Shown: positions 26,924 through 36,874 of the stretch, piece by piece
How the letters are laid out: each line of letters starts with the position of its first letter
How positions within the stretch are numbered: the first letter of the stretch is position 1
Assembly: GCF_048594605.1 (NCBI RefSeq)
Contig: NZ_JBMDWV010000364.1
Location: 5,916 to 69,915, forward strand
DNA: 64,000 bases
From: Spirosoma sp.
Lineage (GTDB): Bacteria > Bacteroidota > Bacteroidia > Cytophagales > Spirosomataceae
Reading direction: 5' to 3'
Notes under the pieces: generated by a model
What the model saw: only the letters and a program-made list of their open reading frames with translations
The model's database searches: none
Told to the model about the DNA's origin: nothing
Program-made: the position numbers and the translations under genes

Positions 26924-27874
26924 ATGAAATCAATTAAAAACGTATTCGCTCTAACGCTCATCGGTGCCAGCTTCTGGTTAATGGCGGCTAATCCCGGCGA
27001 CGTAACGACTGAGTTAGGCATCGAAATGCCCAAGATTCGGCAGGATGTTCTGCTCAATTTGAAAGAAGAAAAATGGTTTTTCTTCAGCGCTACCCATTCA
27101 ATGCGACAGGTGGCGCACCGCATTCCGGAAGGTTCTCGCGCTACTACGGTACGTGCTTTAGGCAAGGCCGTCCGGGCTTACGTCGAATCGTCGGTTTTTA
27201 AAAACGAATGGCTCCAGGACCTGCGCGCTACGTATCCATATGATGAAGCTTATACGGAAGAAGGTATAGCTAAAAAGAAGCAGGAGAATGAAGCACAAAA
27301 AGACGTAATGAAAGGCCAGATGAGCACCCAGCTAGCCGCGATGGATCAGGGTTTTGCTCATATGGACCCCGCCATGTTAAAAATGGCGGCTCAGTCGCAG
27401 ATAGGCCAGCAGGAGCAGGAACTTGCTTCGCTCGAAGGCAGCGAGCGAACGATACAGGCGCAGCGCGTGGCAAGTCTTAAAAAAATGCTGGCACTCCCTG
27501 CGGTAGAGTTTAAGAAGCAGTATCTGGCCTGGCTAAAACAGCAAATGCAGGCAACCGTGAATCAATCCACTACGCCTGAGCTGGACAGGGAGCGATTGGC
27601 CGAGGAACATAGGAAAAAGGCGGAATTCGACGCACACGCTGATTTTAAACCACTGCTGAAAAAACGGCTGGAGGATTTTATTGCGCTGAGCGAGTCCGTT
27701 GATTTCGAGGCCCGGCTAGTGCCTATGGGACGTAAACAGGCTTTTGCCAATCCGGTCTATGAGCGTAAACCCGCCGAGTGGAAATTCCTTTACCGACTTG
27801 GCAAAGAGCCCGTTGCCGAAGCGCAGGTATTTGCCAGACAATGGCTTGCTGATTTATCTAAACAAAAGAATTAG
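26924..27874 (+). CDS. Hypothetical secreted helical/coiled-coil protein
   Basis: 316 aa with signal peptide and Q/E/K-rich central helices. No motif recognised. Confidence 0.8.
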   Translation: MKSIKNVFALTLIGASFWLMAANPGDVTTELGIEMPKIRQDVLLNLKEEKWFFFSATHSMRQVAHRIPEGSRATTVRALGKAVRAYVESSVFKNEWLQDLRATYPYDEAYTEEGIAKKKQENEAQKDVMKGQMSTQLAAMDQGFAHMDPAMLKMAAQSQIGQQEQELASLEGSERTIQAQRVASLKKMLALPAVEFKKQYLAWLKQQMQATVNQSTTPELDRERLAEEHRKKAEFDAHADFKPLLKKRLEDFIALSESVDFEARLVPMGRKQAFANPVYERKPAEWKFLYRLGKEPVAEAQVFARQWLADLSKQKN

Positions 27875-27958
27875 AAGTAGTAAGGCCAGAATAAGGGCTA
27901 TTTCATTAGCTTATTTTAGGTAACAACCAGGCTTCGTTTTAGTTATCAGGGTAACTGA

Positions 27959-27998
27959 AGCTGCCTGCCAAACTGTAGCTACAGTTTGGCAGGCAGCT
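27959..27998. repeat. Perfect 40-bp palindrome with no spacer
   Basis: AGCTGCCTGCCAAACTGTAG|CTACAGTTTGGCAGGCAGCT equals its own reverse complement. Confidence 0.95.
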
Positions 27999-28074
27999 AT
28001 TGCTTTTAGCTAATAGACTTATGGCAAATACACTGGCGCAATTTTACAACAGACTGTTCGCCGATTCGATACCT

Positions 28075-29064
28075 ATGAAAACGAAAACTGCCAGCCCTAA
28101 AAAGCAGGCCGACCAGCAAGGTTTTTTTGCTAACGCCTGGGTAGTCTTAAAAGACGCTTTTAACGCCTTTATCGACGACCGATGCCTGAAGTTAAGTGCA
28201 GCTCTGGCGTATTATACGATTTTCTCGTTGGCTCCATTGCTGGTTCTGATTATCTCATTGGCCAGCATTTTCTTTGGAGAAGAAGCCATTCGCGGGCAGA
28301 TATTTGGCCAAATCAATGGGTTGGTAGGCAACGAAGGCGCTAAGCAGGTTCAGGATATGATCAAAAGTGTAGGTTTATCAGGAAAAACCAATACGGCATT
28401 GATTGTAGGTATTGTGACCCTGCTTGTCGGTGCCACCAGTATTTTCGTCGAAATTCAGGATTCAGTAAATATGATATGGCGGGTTAAACCCAAACCCAAG
28501 CGTGGTTGGCTCAAATTGCTTAAAGACCGGTTATTATCGTCCTCACTAATTATTAGTCTGGGTTTCCTGCTACTGGTGTCCTTAATTGTGAATGGTGTCA
28601 TATTGGCGCTGAGTGATCAACTAACCCGTTTTTTGCCAGGCCTTGGCGTTTATGTAATTAGCGCTATTAATTTTTTGGTCAGTACAGCAGTCATTACGGT
28701 TCTATTCGCTGTCATTTTCAAGGTACTGCCCGATGCTAAAATCAGTTGGAAGGATGTACGCTGGGGGGCTATTTTTACGGCCCTTCTTTTTATGCTTGGT
28801 CGTTATCTGATTGGCCTGTATATCGAAACAACCAGCACCAGTTCAACCTACGGGGCTGCTGGTTCGCTGATCGTTATTCTGACCTGGATTTATTATACAG
28901 CTGCAATTCTGTATTTCGGGGCTGAATTTACACTGGCCTATGCTAACCATTTTGGCGTTAAAATCGAGCCAGCGGATTATGCCGTATACGTCGAGCAAAC
29001 CGAACGCGAGCGTGACGTATCAGCGATACCGATCGCGAAAAAAGTGGAAGAAGCGAAGAAATAA
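28075..29064 (+). CDS. YihY/virulence factor BrkB family membrane protein
   Basis: LSAALAYYTIFSLAPLL, GATSIF.EIQ.S.N.IW and YGAAGSL..IL.WIYY.A.I..FGAE. Start ATG 28075 or 28021. Confidence 0.92.
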   Translation: MKTKTASPKKQADQQGFFANAWVVLKDAFNAFIDDRCLKLSAALAYYTIFSLAPLLVLIISLASIFFGEEAIRGQIFGQINGLVGNEGAKQVQDMIKSVGLSGKTNTALIVGIVTLLVGATSIFVEIQDSVNMIWRVKPKPKRGWLKLLKDRLLSSSLIISLGFLLLVSLIVNGVILALSDQLTRFLPGLGVYVISAINFLVSTAVITVLFAVIFKVLPDAKISWKDVRWGAIFTALLFMLGRYLIGLYIETTSTSSTYGAAGSLIVILTWIYYTAAILYFGAEFTLAYANHFGVKIEPADYAVYVEQTERERDVSAIPIAKKVEEAKK

Positions 29065-29093
29065 CGTAGCGTCGTAGAGGCCAGCACGATGGA

Positions 29094-29840
29094 TCAAGGC
29101 ATTACGAAAGAAATAGCCGGCACTGTAGTTGTATTAATATTGGGAAACACCCGGACACCTACATTAGGATCGGTATAGCTGTTGCTCTGAACGGAATCGC
29201 CATACAAGCGGATATAAATTGTTTGACCACTCTTAAAACTTGCTGTTAAAAGATCCTCTTTCGTAAATCCGCCGGTTGTGTTGTTATTCAGTACTGACAA
29301 AATCGGTGATGCATACATATACTTCGTGTTCGAAACGTCGGCAGTGGTGCTTAAAAAATACCGGACGTATGCTCGGTTTGTGGCTGTCGGTGTTGGAGCA
29401 ACGGAATACAACACACTCACACCCGGACTGCCGTTGTACGTGCTGCCCGATACTGTAAGCGACGTAACAGACGTCGTAGCGAGCTTACCTAGTTGTATGG
29501 CCGGTAACGTAGTACCGTTGGCATTGCTGCTGTGCGATACGCCATAAAGTTTGTACGTACCATAGCCAGCTTTCGTAAACGTAAAATCATGAAGATCGTA
29601 GGGTAGACTGGCGAACGAATACTTACCACTGGCGTCAGTAACAGCACTGGTACTGGCCAGATTATCGACTGTGACTACTACGTTGCTATTGTCAGTCAGC
29701 GTGTTTGTTTTATCGTCCCAAAGCTGAACCGTTCCTGATAGAACGCCACCCGCCGGAGCAGGATTTTCATTGGAATTTTGACTGCAGGATACTAAGAATG
29801 ACAGCCCAATCAGACAAGTGATTGCGACGATTTTATACAT
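29094..29840 (-). CDS. Lipoprotein with carboxypeptidase-regulatory-like (beta-sandwich) domain
   Basis: Lipobox LVSC, VTDASGKYSF..L and FTKAGYG. Likely start ATG 29840. Confidence 0.78.
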   Translation of the reverse strand: MYKIVAITCLIGLSFLVSCSQNSNENPAPAGGVLSGTVQLWDDKTNTLTDNSNVVVTVDNLASTSAVTDASGKYSFASLPYDLHDFTFTKAGYGTYKLYGVSHSSNANGTTLPAIQLGKLATTSVTSLTVSGSTYNGSPGVSVLYSVAPTPTATNRAYVRYFLSTTADVSNTKYMYASPILSVLNNNTTGGFTKEDLLTASFKSGQTIYIRLYGDSVQSNSYTDPNVGVRVFPNINTTTVPAISFVMP

Positions 29841-30136
29841 GGTTAAATCTAAATTCTTCAATCAAGTGAGCCGTTAAGCAAAATCAGCCAAGCTATTTGT
29901 ATTGGCCGACCCCGTTGTATACCAAACCAATCAACAGTCATTCTGTACGGCTGCTAAATTAGTAAGAATTCAACCTTGGCTATGTTAAGTTACTAAACGG
30001 TAGGCTTAACGATGTGTGTATCGGAAACTGTGCTTTTTTGTTTACTATTGATTAGCGCCTGTTCGTTATGCCAGAGGAAATCAGTGGTCGATGTGATTAA
30101 GATAAAAAAGGTATCGCAGGGTTCGGGAGGGAAGGT

Positions 30137-30181
30137 TCCCTACCCGACGGCTTAGCGATTCATTAAGCCATCGGGTAGGGA
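30137..30181. repeat. GC-rich 18-bp imperfect inverted repeat (REP-like)
   Basis: TCCCTACCCGAcGGCTTA-9 nt-TAAGCCaTCGGGTAGGGA. The single mismatch becomes a U.G pair on the minus strand. Confidence 0.7.
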
Positions 30182-30428
30182 GTGAATGGTGTGGTGAAGC
30201 AATGGGTAGGTGGTGTGGATAGAAATGAACGATGCAATAATAGCTGAGTATCATAGGGGTTTCAATTAGCATTGGTATCAAACCGCACAAAAGCTACATC
30301 AACCGTATAAACTGGTGAATGATCCGTAGTAAGGGCTGATTAACCATTCACTACGTAGCAGGGTGAATCGCTTGGCTGATTTTCTTTCGTGTACTACGTT
30401 TGTACAGCACTTCCTTAGTCAGACAGCT

Positions 30429-31286
30429 ATGAATATTGCCGTTATCGGTGCTACAGGACTAATCGGGAAACCTGTTACGCAACAACTGATTAAAGCTGGT
30501 TTTACAGTTACAATTCTTGCTCGCCATCCCGAACAGATTGGTACGTTATTTCCCTCGGCCAGGGTTATTGAGGCCGATCTGCAAAAGCCAGATACCATTC
30601 TGGCTGGTTTGCAGAATCAGCAGATGCTTTACCTTAATTTATCCGTCCGCCAGAATGAAAAAATAACCGATTTCCATACAGAAACGGATGGCATGAAAAC
30701 AATACTTGCTGCGGCAAAAGAAGCCGGTATTCAGCGGATTGGCTATCTGTCTTCGCTGGTGATGCGTTACCAGAATATGGATGGTTTTCATTGGTGGGTA
30801 TTCGACATCAAAGAGGAAGCGGTACGTCTGCTCAAAGCATCCGGTATTTCGGTATCCATCTTTTATCCCTCTACATTCATGGAAAGCTTTCTGATGCAGA
30901 TACAAGGTCCTCTTCTGGCATTGGGAGGCTCATCGTCCATTAAATTATGGTTCATTGCCGGACAGGATTATGGGCAGCAGGTTGTCCGTGATTTTCGGCT
31001 TCCGGGCAATGAGAGCCGCGATTACGTTATTCAGGGACCGGAAGCGCATACCTACGACGAAGCTGCGCATCTATTCATAAAAAACTATACTAAAAAGAAG
31101 CTGTACACACTTAAAGCGCCTGTTGGCATACTGCAATTTCTGGGGAGGTTTAATCGGAAGATGAACTACGGAGGGCATATTCTCGAAGCGATGAACAACT
31201 ATCCTGAGCGCTTCGAAGCGGAACGAACCTGGACCGTATTAGGCAAACCAACTACGACCTTGAGCGAATTTGCCCGACAGCAGTAG
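30429..31286 (+). CDS. NmrA-like / NAD(P)H-binding atypical SDR
   Basis: MNIAVIGATGLIGKPV Rossmann motif from ATG 30429. Confidence 0.88.
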   Translation: MNIAVIGATGLIGKPVTQQLIKAGFTVTILARHPEQIGTLFPSARVIEADLQKPDTILAGLQNQQMLYLNLSVRQNEKITDFHTETDGMKTILAAAKEAGIQRIGYLSSLVMRYQNMDGFHWWVFDIKEEAVRLLKASGISVSIFYPSTFMESFLMQIQGPLLALGGSSSIKLWFIAGQDYGQQVVRDFRLPGNESRDYVIQGPEAHTYDEAAHLFIKNYTKKKLYTLKAPVGILQFLGRFNRKMNYGGHILEAMNNYPERFEAERTWTVLGKPTTTLSEFARQQ

Positions 31287-31622
31287 AGCCTTACCGATTG
31301 TAGACCATCAGGCGGTCTTCGCTTATGCTACGTTCTCCCGATTCGCGAACACCATTCCCGACGGACGTTTTATTAGTTGACGAATAGCTCAGCCAGCCAA
31401 ACCAGAGTGAATTTGTCAACAAATGGTTATGGGCTTTACGGCGTGCCTTGCTCATTTATTACAATGACTAATCTGGCGGAGAAATGACTACTCACTATCC
31501 AAGTTACGTAGTAATTAGTTTTATATGAATATATACTAAATCCAAGAATAAATTTATTTAAATCATTAGATCGTTTAATAAATTGTCTTAAGAATAATAT
31601 TATTCTTGAAAAACGCATTCTA

Positions 31623-32027
31623 GTGTCTAATTCATTACTATCCTTACTCCTGCTCAGCGCGCTTTGCTCGCCGATTCAAATACAGAACTATTCACCCGCA
31701 AAACCTGACCAGTCGCTCGTTACCAATGCGGATGAACCCCCTCAGTTTCCCGGAGGAATGGATAAGCTCGCCGATTATCTGAAAAAAAACCTTCAGTACC
31801 CCAAAGCAGCCCGCAAGGCTAAACTGGAGGGACGCATAGTGGTCAACTTTGTTGTAACCAGCGAAGGCCGTATCGAGGACGTAAAACTTTATAATAGTCT
31901 TGGATTAGGGACAGACGAAGAAGCGATACGTCTGGTCGAAAATATGCCCATCTGGATACCGGCTAAACAAGGTGGTAAAGCGGTTAACGCCCGTTACAAC
32001 CTACCGATTGACTTTAGTTTAAAGTAG
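31623..32027 (+). CDS. Stand-alone TonB C-terminal domain protein
   Basis: PQFPGG, NLQYPKAA, EGRIVVNFVV..EG, EEAIRLV..MP.WIPA.Q.GK.V and LPIDF. GTG start and hydrophobic leader. Confidence 0.88.
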   Translation: MSNSLLSLLLLSALCSPIQIQNYSPAKPDQSLVTNADEPPQFPGGMDKLADYLKKNLQYPKAARKAKLEGRIVVNFVVTSEGRIEDVKLYNSLGLGTDEEAIRLVENMPIWIPAKQGGKAVNARYNLPIDFSLK

Positions 32028-32136
32028 TGCTGAACCAGGGTTCATATCTGAGTTTTCAGAAGGACCCGTTAGCTGCAAATTATAAACCATGTTGTTTCAC
32101 AAATCGTTAGTCAGGATGACTTCAACCTGACGAATT

Positions 32137-33051
32137 GTGAAAAAAGTTGTTCCTGTATTTCGGCTGGCAGCCCAGGCGTTTGCTAATCTGAAAGCGAACG
32201 ACCCGATCCGGATGGCGGCTGCAACGGCTTTCTTTAGCTTTTTTGCGCTGCCGTCTATTCTCATCATCCTGAGTCAGTTGTATGGTAATCTGCTGAGTAG
32301 CAACGATCGGGTAAGCTGGCAGCTTTTTCGCAAAATGGCCGACGTATTAGGTTATCAGAGCGCCCGGCAAATACAGGATATATCCCAGCATTTACAGCAA
32401 CGTCGATCCAGTACGTTGCTAACCGTTCTCAATATTTTTGTTTTGTTGCTGGCTTCTACTACGTTGTTTGCGATTATCAAAAATTCGCTGAATCAACTAT
32501 GGAGCGTGAAACCTTCTATCGACCGGCATGTGTGGCACGTTGCCCTCGATAAACTGGTGGCTTTGGCTATTATCGTATTTTCGGGCTTTCTATTTATGGC
32601 TTCGCTAACGATAAGCCGGACGTTAGCGCCCTTAAACGAACAGTTGTTTTCAGGTATTGACGATTGGTCAGGGAATGCAGGTCAGCATATGTTATCAGTT
32701 GCTACATTAACCATCTGGTTCGCAATCGTTTTTAAATACCTGCCCGATATCCGCATTCATTGGCAGGCCGTTGGAGTAGGAGCCCTGGTTACAGCTCTGT
32801 TGGTCGAATTGGGGGAAGCAATCCTGAATCGCCTGTTGATCAATAGTTCTGTCAGCTCTTTGTATGGAACATCGGGGGCTATCATGCTGATTCTTTTGTT
32901 CGTTTTTTACTCTGCCCTGATTTTTTATTATGGGGCAAGTTTTACCCGTTATTATGCCCAATGGGTTCATCTGGATGCGGAGCCGGGTGCCAATGCGGTG
33001 GCTTATCAAATTAAGGAATTGGACAACGAAACGTCCAGTTCAACGAAATAA
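32137..33051 (+). CDS. YihY/BrkB family membrane protein (divergent paralog)
   Basis: AAATAFFSFFALP, IKNSLNQLW, FKYLPD and LYGTSGAIMLILLFVFYSALIFYYGA. Confidence 0.88.
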   Translation: MKKVVPVFRLAAQAFANLKANDPIRMAAATAFFSFFALPSILIILSQLYGNLLSSNDRVSWQLFRKMADVLGYQSARQIQDISQHLQQRRSSTLLTVLNIFVLLLASTTLFAIIKNSLNQLWSVKPSIDRHVWHVALDKLVALAIIVFSGFLFMASLTISRTLAPLNEQLFSGIDDWSGNAGQHMLSVATLTIWFAIVFKYLPDIRIHWQAVGVGALVTALLVELGEAILNRLLINSSVSSLYGTSGAIMLILLFVFYSALIFYYGASFTRYYAQWVHLDAEPGANAVAYQIKELDNETSSSTK

Positions 33052-33084
33052 TAGGTATACTGCGTAGCTTTTCACTACGTCCTC

Positions 33085-35217
33085 ATGAAAATCTATTGCT
33101 TTTTTTCTATCCTATTAATTGCCTTTCTCCCGCAAATCTGTCTAGCGCAAAAAGCAGTTTCAATTAACAATCCGAGGGACGCAAAGCCGTGGTGGAAAGC
33201 GAATAATTTACGTATCATTCAAACGAACCTGCCCGATTATGAAGCGGCTACGTTGAACGCCGATTCGTTACTGGCCGATCTGAAATCCTGTTCGGCCAAT
33301 ACGTTGCTGATCAATGCGGGCGGCATTATGGCTTTTTATCCGACCCTACTCGACTTTCAGTATACAAACCCGTACATGAAGCCAAACACGCTGAGTGATG
33401 TTGTCAGGAAATGTCACGCAAACGGGATTCGGGTTATCGTCCGGTTTGATTTCAGTCGTGTGCATGAGAGCATTTTTAAAGCCCATCCCGACTGGTGCTA
33501 CGTATCGCCAAAGGGTGAGCGAATCATCAATACCAACATGTACGTAGTGTCGATCAATGCGCCCTACGTTCAGGACAAAGCCTTTCGGATTATTGAAGAA
33601 GTAATTGCCAAATTTCCTGTTGATGGTATTTTTCTGAACATGCCGGGGTATCAGGTCAACAACCCTTACGAAGGAAAATATCACGGTATTGATCAGAATG
33701 AATACGATAAAAAGCGCTTCGCCGACTACAGCAACGGTCTGACGTTACCAACCGAGGAAAACAAAGCCGATCCGGTTTTTCAGAAGTACCTCGAATTTAA
33801 AAAAGCAACCGTTGAAGATTGGTCGAAGCGATTGCACGAGCTGGTTAAATCGAAAAGCGATCAGATTGCTATCTGTACGTACATGGATAAATACGTTGAT
33901 ATTATCCGGCATGAATCGCAGTCGAACACTACGTTGCCGTACTGGCCTTATACGGCCTCTGACAACGTGAACAATGCGGTTCATTCATTCCCGGATCATA
34001 TTATCAGCAACGCCAGCATTCAGCAGATTTCGTTTCAGTCGCGCTATAACGCCATAGAACCTGAAGAAGTGGCGATTCGGCTTTATGAAAACATTGCCAA
34101 CGGTTCGGGCCTCGATATGAGTATGATGGGTGATATGCGCGGGTACGAAGATGAACGCAATTATGATGTGATCCGGAAAATCTACGCGCACCATAAAAAG
34201 CACGAGCCTTATTTTGGTCGGTACAAATCCGTCGCGAACGTAGGGTTAATTGCGCCTGGTTCCTGGCCCAGTGGCGAACCGATGCAGGAGTACCGTGGAA
34301 TTCAGCTTATGCTCAAGGAAGCGCATATTCCATTCGACGTAATTGAAGATGCGCAGATTGCCAATCTGTCTGAGCAACTGAAAAAATACAAGCTCCTGAT
34401 TTTACCTGAAATTACGTATCTGAGTAAGGATGCTATACGTGTAATGAAGCAAGCCAGTGAACAGGGAACAAATCTGATTGCGACCAACCGGACGCTGTTC
34501 GATAGCCCTGAAACGCTGCTTCAGTTGTTCGGGGCTAAGATCGTTAAAAGGGATCATGACGGTGCTGGATTTTACCTGAATCCAGATGATAAGACGGTCT
34601 TCAAACGATTCCGAAAACAGAAAATGCTTTTCTGGAAATTTAACCTGGGACTGTATGACCTGACCGCCACCGACAGACAATTTCTGCCTATACTGGACAA
34701 AGGGCGACCCGGTCCGCCGGAAATCATTGGCGGACATGACCCAATTGGTTATTACGCAATGGGACTGAAACAACATGCGCGTAGTAAAGCCATTATTTTA
34801 CCCGAGAACCTGGGGAAATTGTATTACATGCATGGGTATCAGGAACACAAAAACCTGCTGCTGGATGCCATCGACCTGATTTATCCCAAAGCTACGCAAA
34901 CCATTCAAACCAACGCACCCGATCGGGTTGAGGTAATCCTGCAGGACTATCAAAAGAACGTACCGTCGAACACGAACAAAAGACTTTCCGACGGTCAGAT
35001 TCTTCATCTGGTGAACCTAACCGGATTTAGTGGCAATACGTATTTCCCGCCCTTACCGGTTTATAACCTAACGTTCAACGTTCGCTCTGATTTTAAGCCT
35101 GCTAAACTGTTCTCGATGGTTACCGGTCAGTCCATTCCGTTCAGCTGGAAGGAGGGCTTTGCGCAATTTACGCTTCCCAAACTGGAAGGCTTTGATGGCA
35201 TCGTAATGGATCGGTAA
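33085..35217 (+). CDS. Putative glycoside hydrolase (GHL6/GH42-like TIM barrel plus trimerisation-like domain), unclassified
   Basis: Signal peptide, LINAGG...YPT, CHANGIRVIVRFDF, HPDW, VDGIFLN, then LLILPEITYLS flavodoxin-like middle domain. Confidence 0.72.
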   Translation: MKIYCFFSILLIAFLPQICLAQKAVSINNPRDAKPWWKANNLRIIQTNLPDYEAATLNADSLLADLKSCSANTLLINAGGIMAFYPTLLDFQYTNPYMKPNTLSDVVRKCHANGIRVIVRFDFSRVHESIFKAHPDWCYVSPKGERIINTNMYVVSINAPYVQDKAFRIIEEVIAKFPVDGIFLNMPGYQVNNPYEGKYHGIDQNEYDKKRFADYSNGLTLPTEENKADPVFQKYLEFKKATVEDWSKRLHELVKSKSDQIAICTYMDKYVDIIRHESQSNTTLPYWPYTASDNVNNAVHSFPDHIISNASIQQISFQSRYNAIEPEEVAIRLYENIANGSGLDMSMMGDMRGYEDERNYDVIRKIYAHHKKHEPYFGRYKSVANVGLIAPGSWPSGEPMQEYRGIQLMLKEAHIPFDVIEDAQIANLSEQLKKYKLLILPEITYLSKDAIRVMKQASEQGTNLIATNRTLFDSPETLLQLFGAKIVKRDHDGAGFYLNPDDKTVFKRFRKQKMLFWKFNLGLYDLTATDRQFLPILDKGRPGPPEIIGGHDPIGYYAMGLKQHARSKAIILPENLGKLYYMHGYQEHKNLLLDAIDLIYPKATQTIQTNAPDRVEVILQDYQKNVPSNTNKRLSDGQILHLVNLTGFSGNTYFPPLPVYNLTFNVRSDFKPAKLFSMVTGQSIPFSWKEGFAQFTLPKLEGFDGIVMDR

Positions 35218-35340
35218 CGAGTAGATCAACGCTCATTGTAGCCAGTCGCACCTTGTTGATTGTCTTCATAAATCGTTTGTACCCGCCGAAACTCTGGCTG
35301 TGATACGTAGTTTACTGTAAAATGCTTTTTGTCGCTACGC

Positions 35341-35811
35341 ATGACGCCCTTTATTCATACTCTGATTGGAACCTGGTTCATTTGCAGCAGTAATTTTCCG
35401 ATGTGGCTGAAAGGTGATAAAACAAACCCGACGTTTACCTATTCAATTACGGATAAAAAGGCGGGTGTCAACGTATTGCTCGACGAGGTCAGGTATCGGA
35501 AGGCTGGTAAAGTCAAAACCCTGACAGGCTTCGATTATCAGGATGAGTCAGATTCGGCGGCTTTTGTCTGGCGCGGAAAGGGTATACTAAGTGTAGTACG
35601 TAGTAAGTGGAAAGTAGTGCTCATTGATCCTGCCGGGCAATGGGCGGTTATCTGGTTTTCGAAAACGCTTTTTACGCCCGAAGGTGTTGATATCATTAGC
35701 CGGACGCCTACTCTTCCGGCGGAAACCCAGCAGCATATCATTACGTTAATGGCCAACAATTCGCTACTGAACAAACATCGCGCAAGTTTGCGTCCAATTT
35801 CTCAGAAGTAA
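35341..35811 (+). CDS. Hypothetical lipocalin-like protein
   Basis: LIGTWF near the N-terminus (lipocalin GxW), followed by a beta-strand-rich sequence. Confidence 0.65.
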   Translation: MTPFIHTLIGTWFICSSNFPMWLKGDKTNPTFTYSITDKKAGVNVLLDEVRYRKAGKVKTLTGFDYQDESDSAAFVWRGKGILSVVRSKWKVVLIDPAGQWAVIWFSKTLFTPEGVDIISRTPTLPAETQQHIITLMANNSLLNKHRASLRPISQK

Positions 35812-35946
35812 ACTTGTTCCTGCTCTGAATAACTCGATGCTAATTTTATCTAATTCAGCCGTTTAATTACTCAGTTGAACTGCGCATCGTTGGCAGGAAA
35901 AGTGGCAGAATTCTAGTTTTGGTCTGCACATCAATCAAACAGGCCT

Positions 35947-36816
35947 ATGAACTTCCCCGTTTTTCTGACTATTTTTCATTTATGGGCGAATCTGCCCCAA
36001 AAACAAACCCGTACCGTTCAGGCCGATTACGAAGCATTGGTAACTGCCGAGCGCAGCTTTGCTAAGGCCGGTATTGAAAAAGGTATTCGCCATGCGTTCG
36101 TTGAAAATCTTGATGAACAACAATCCGTTGTCTATATCGGCAATGAGTTTCGGCCGGGTAAAGCTACGTATGAACGTCTGCCTGATGGACCCGGAAAACT
36201 TAGCTGGCGACCTAACTATGCCGAAATGGCGCTGTCAGGTACGTTCGGCTACACCACCGGGCCCTTTGAACTTAGGCCACGCACACTTGACGATGACCCC
36301 GTAGCGCAGGGACAGTTTACGAGTATCTGGCATAAAAATGCCGCTGGGCACTGGAAAGTGTTAATTGACTTCGGTTGTACGCATAACAAGCTCACACAAC
36401 CCGCGCCAGAGCTAAATCCGCCAACTCAGTTCGCGACTAAATCCATTACTATTCTCGATACGTCCGTTGCAAACCGGGAGCTAATGCAGAAAGAAGTGAG
36501 TTTCGCCCAGATTGCCCGCACTCAAAACCTACGCGATGCTTACCGGACTGTTCTGCCAGCCAGTGATTCAATACGCTTATTACGTGAAGGCTACGAGCGT
36601 TACGAGGGAACAGCCGCGAAACGCGCAGCTGAAACGTCGACGCAGCAGGTCGATTATCTGCCTTTGCGAACCGTTACGTCTCCTTCGGGCGATCTGGGCT
36701 TTTGTTATGGCTATGCTACGTACCGGCAAACCCGGCAGGCTTATCTGCGCATCTGGCGGAAACGTAACGGTCAGTGGCAACTAGCGCACGAGGTACTAAC
36801 GGTGAAGTTGAGCTAA
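35947..36816 (+). CDS. Tandem DUF4440/NTF2-like domain secreted protein
   Basis: LVTAERSFA ... SGTFGYTTG ... SIWHK...G.WKV, repeated as LMQKEVSFA ... SGDLGFCYG ... RIWRK..GQWQL. Confidence 0.8.
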   Translation: MNFPVFLTIFHLWANLPQKQTRTVQADYEALVTAERSFAKAGIEKGIRHAFVENLDEQQSVVYIGNEFRPGKATYERLPDGPGKLSWRPNYAEMALSGTFGYTTGPFELRPRTLDDDPVAQGQFTSIWHKNAAGHWKVLIDFGCTHNKLTQPAPELNPPTQFATKSITILDTSVANRELMQKEVSFAQIARTQNLRDAYRTVLPASDSIRLLREGYERYEGTAAKRAAETSTQQVDYLPLRTVTSPSGDLGFCYGYATYRQTRQAYLRIWRKRNGQWQLAHEVLTVKLS

Positions 36817-36874
36817 GGCTATTGCAATTCTCTGCTGAGCGAGTAGATTAGTCATTTCGGTCGCTCTATTTGTC

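Noticed and set aside
27986-28003. Possible sigma54 promoter TTGGCAGGCAGCTATTGC
   Set aside because: The GG-to-GC spacing is 12 nt rather than 10, and the sequence is explained by the palindrome arm.
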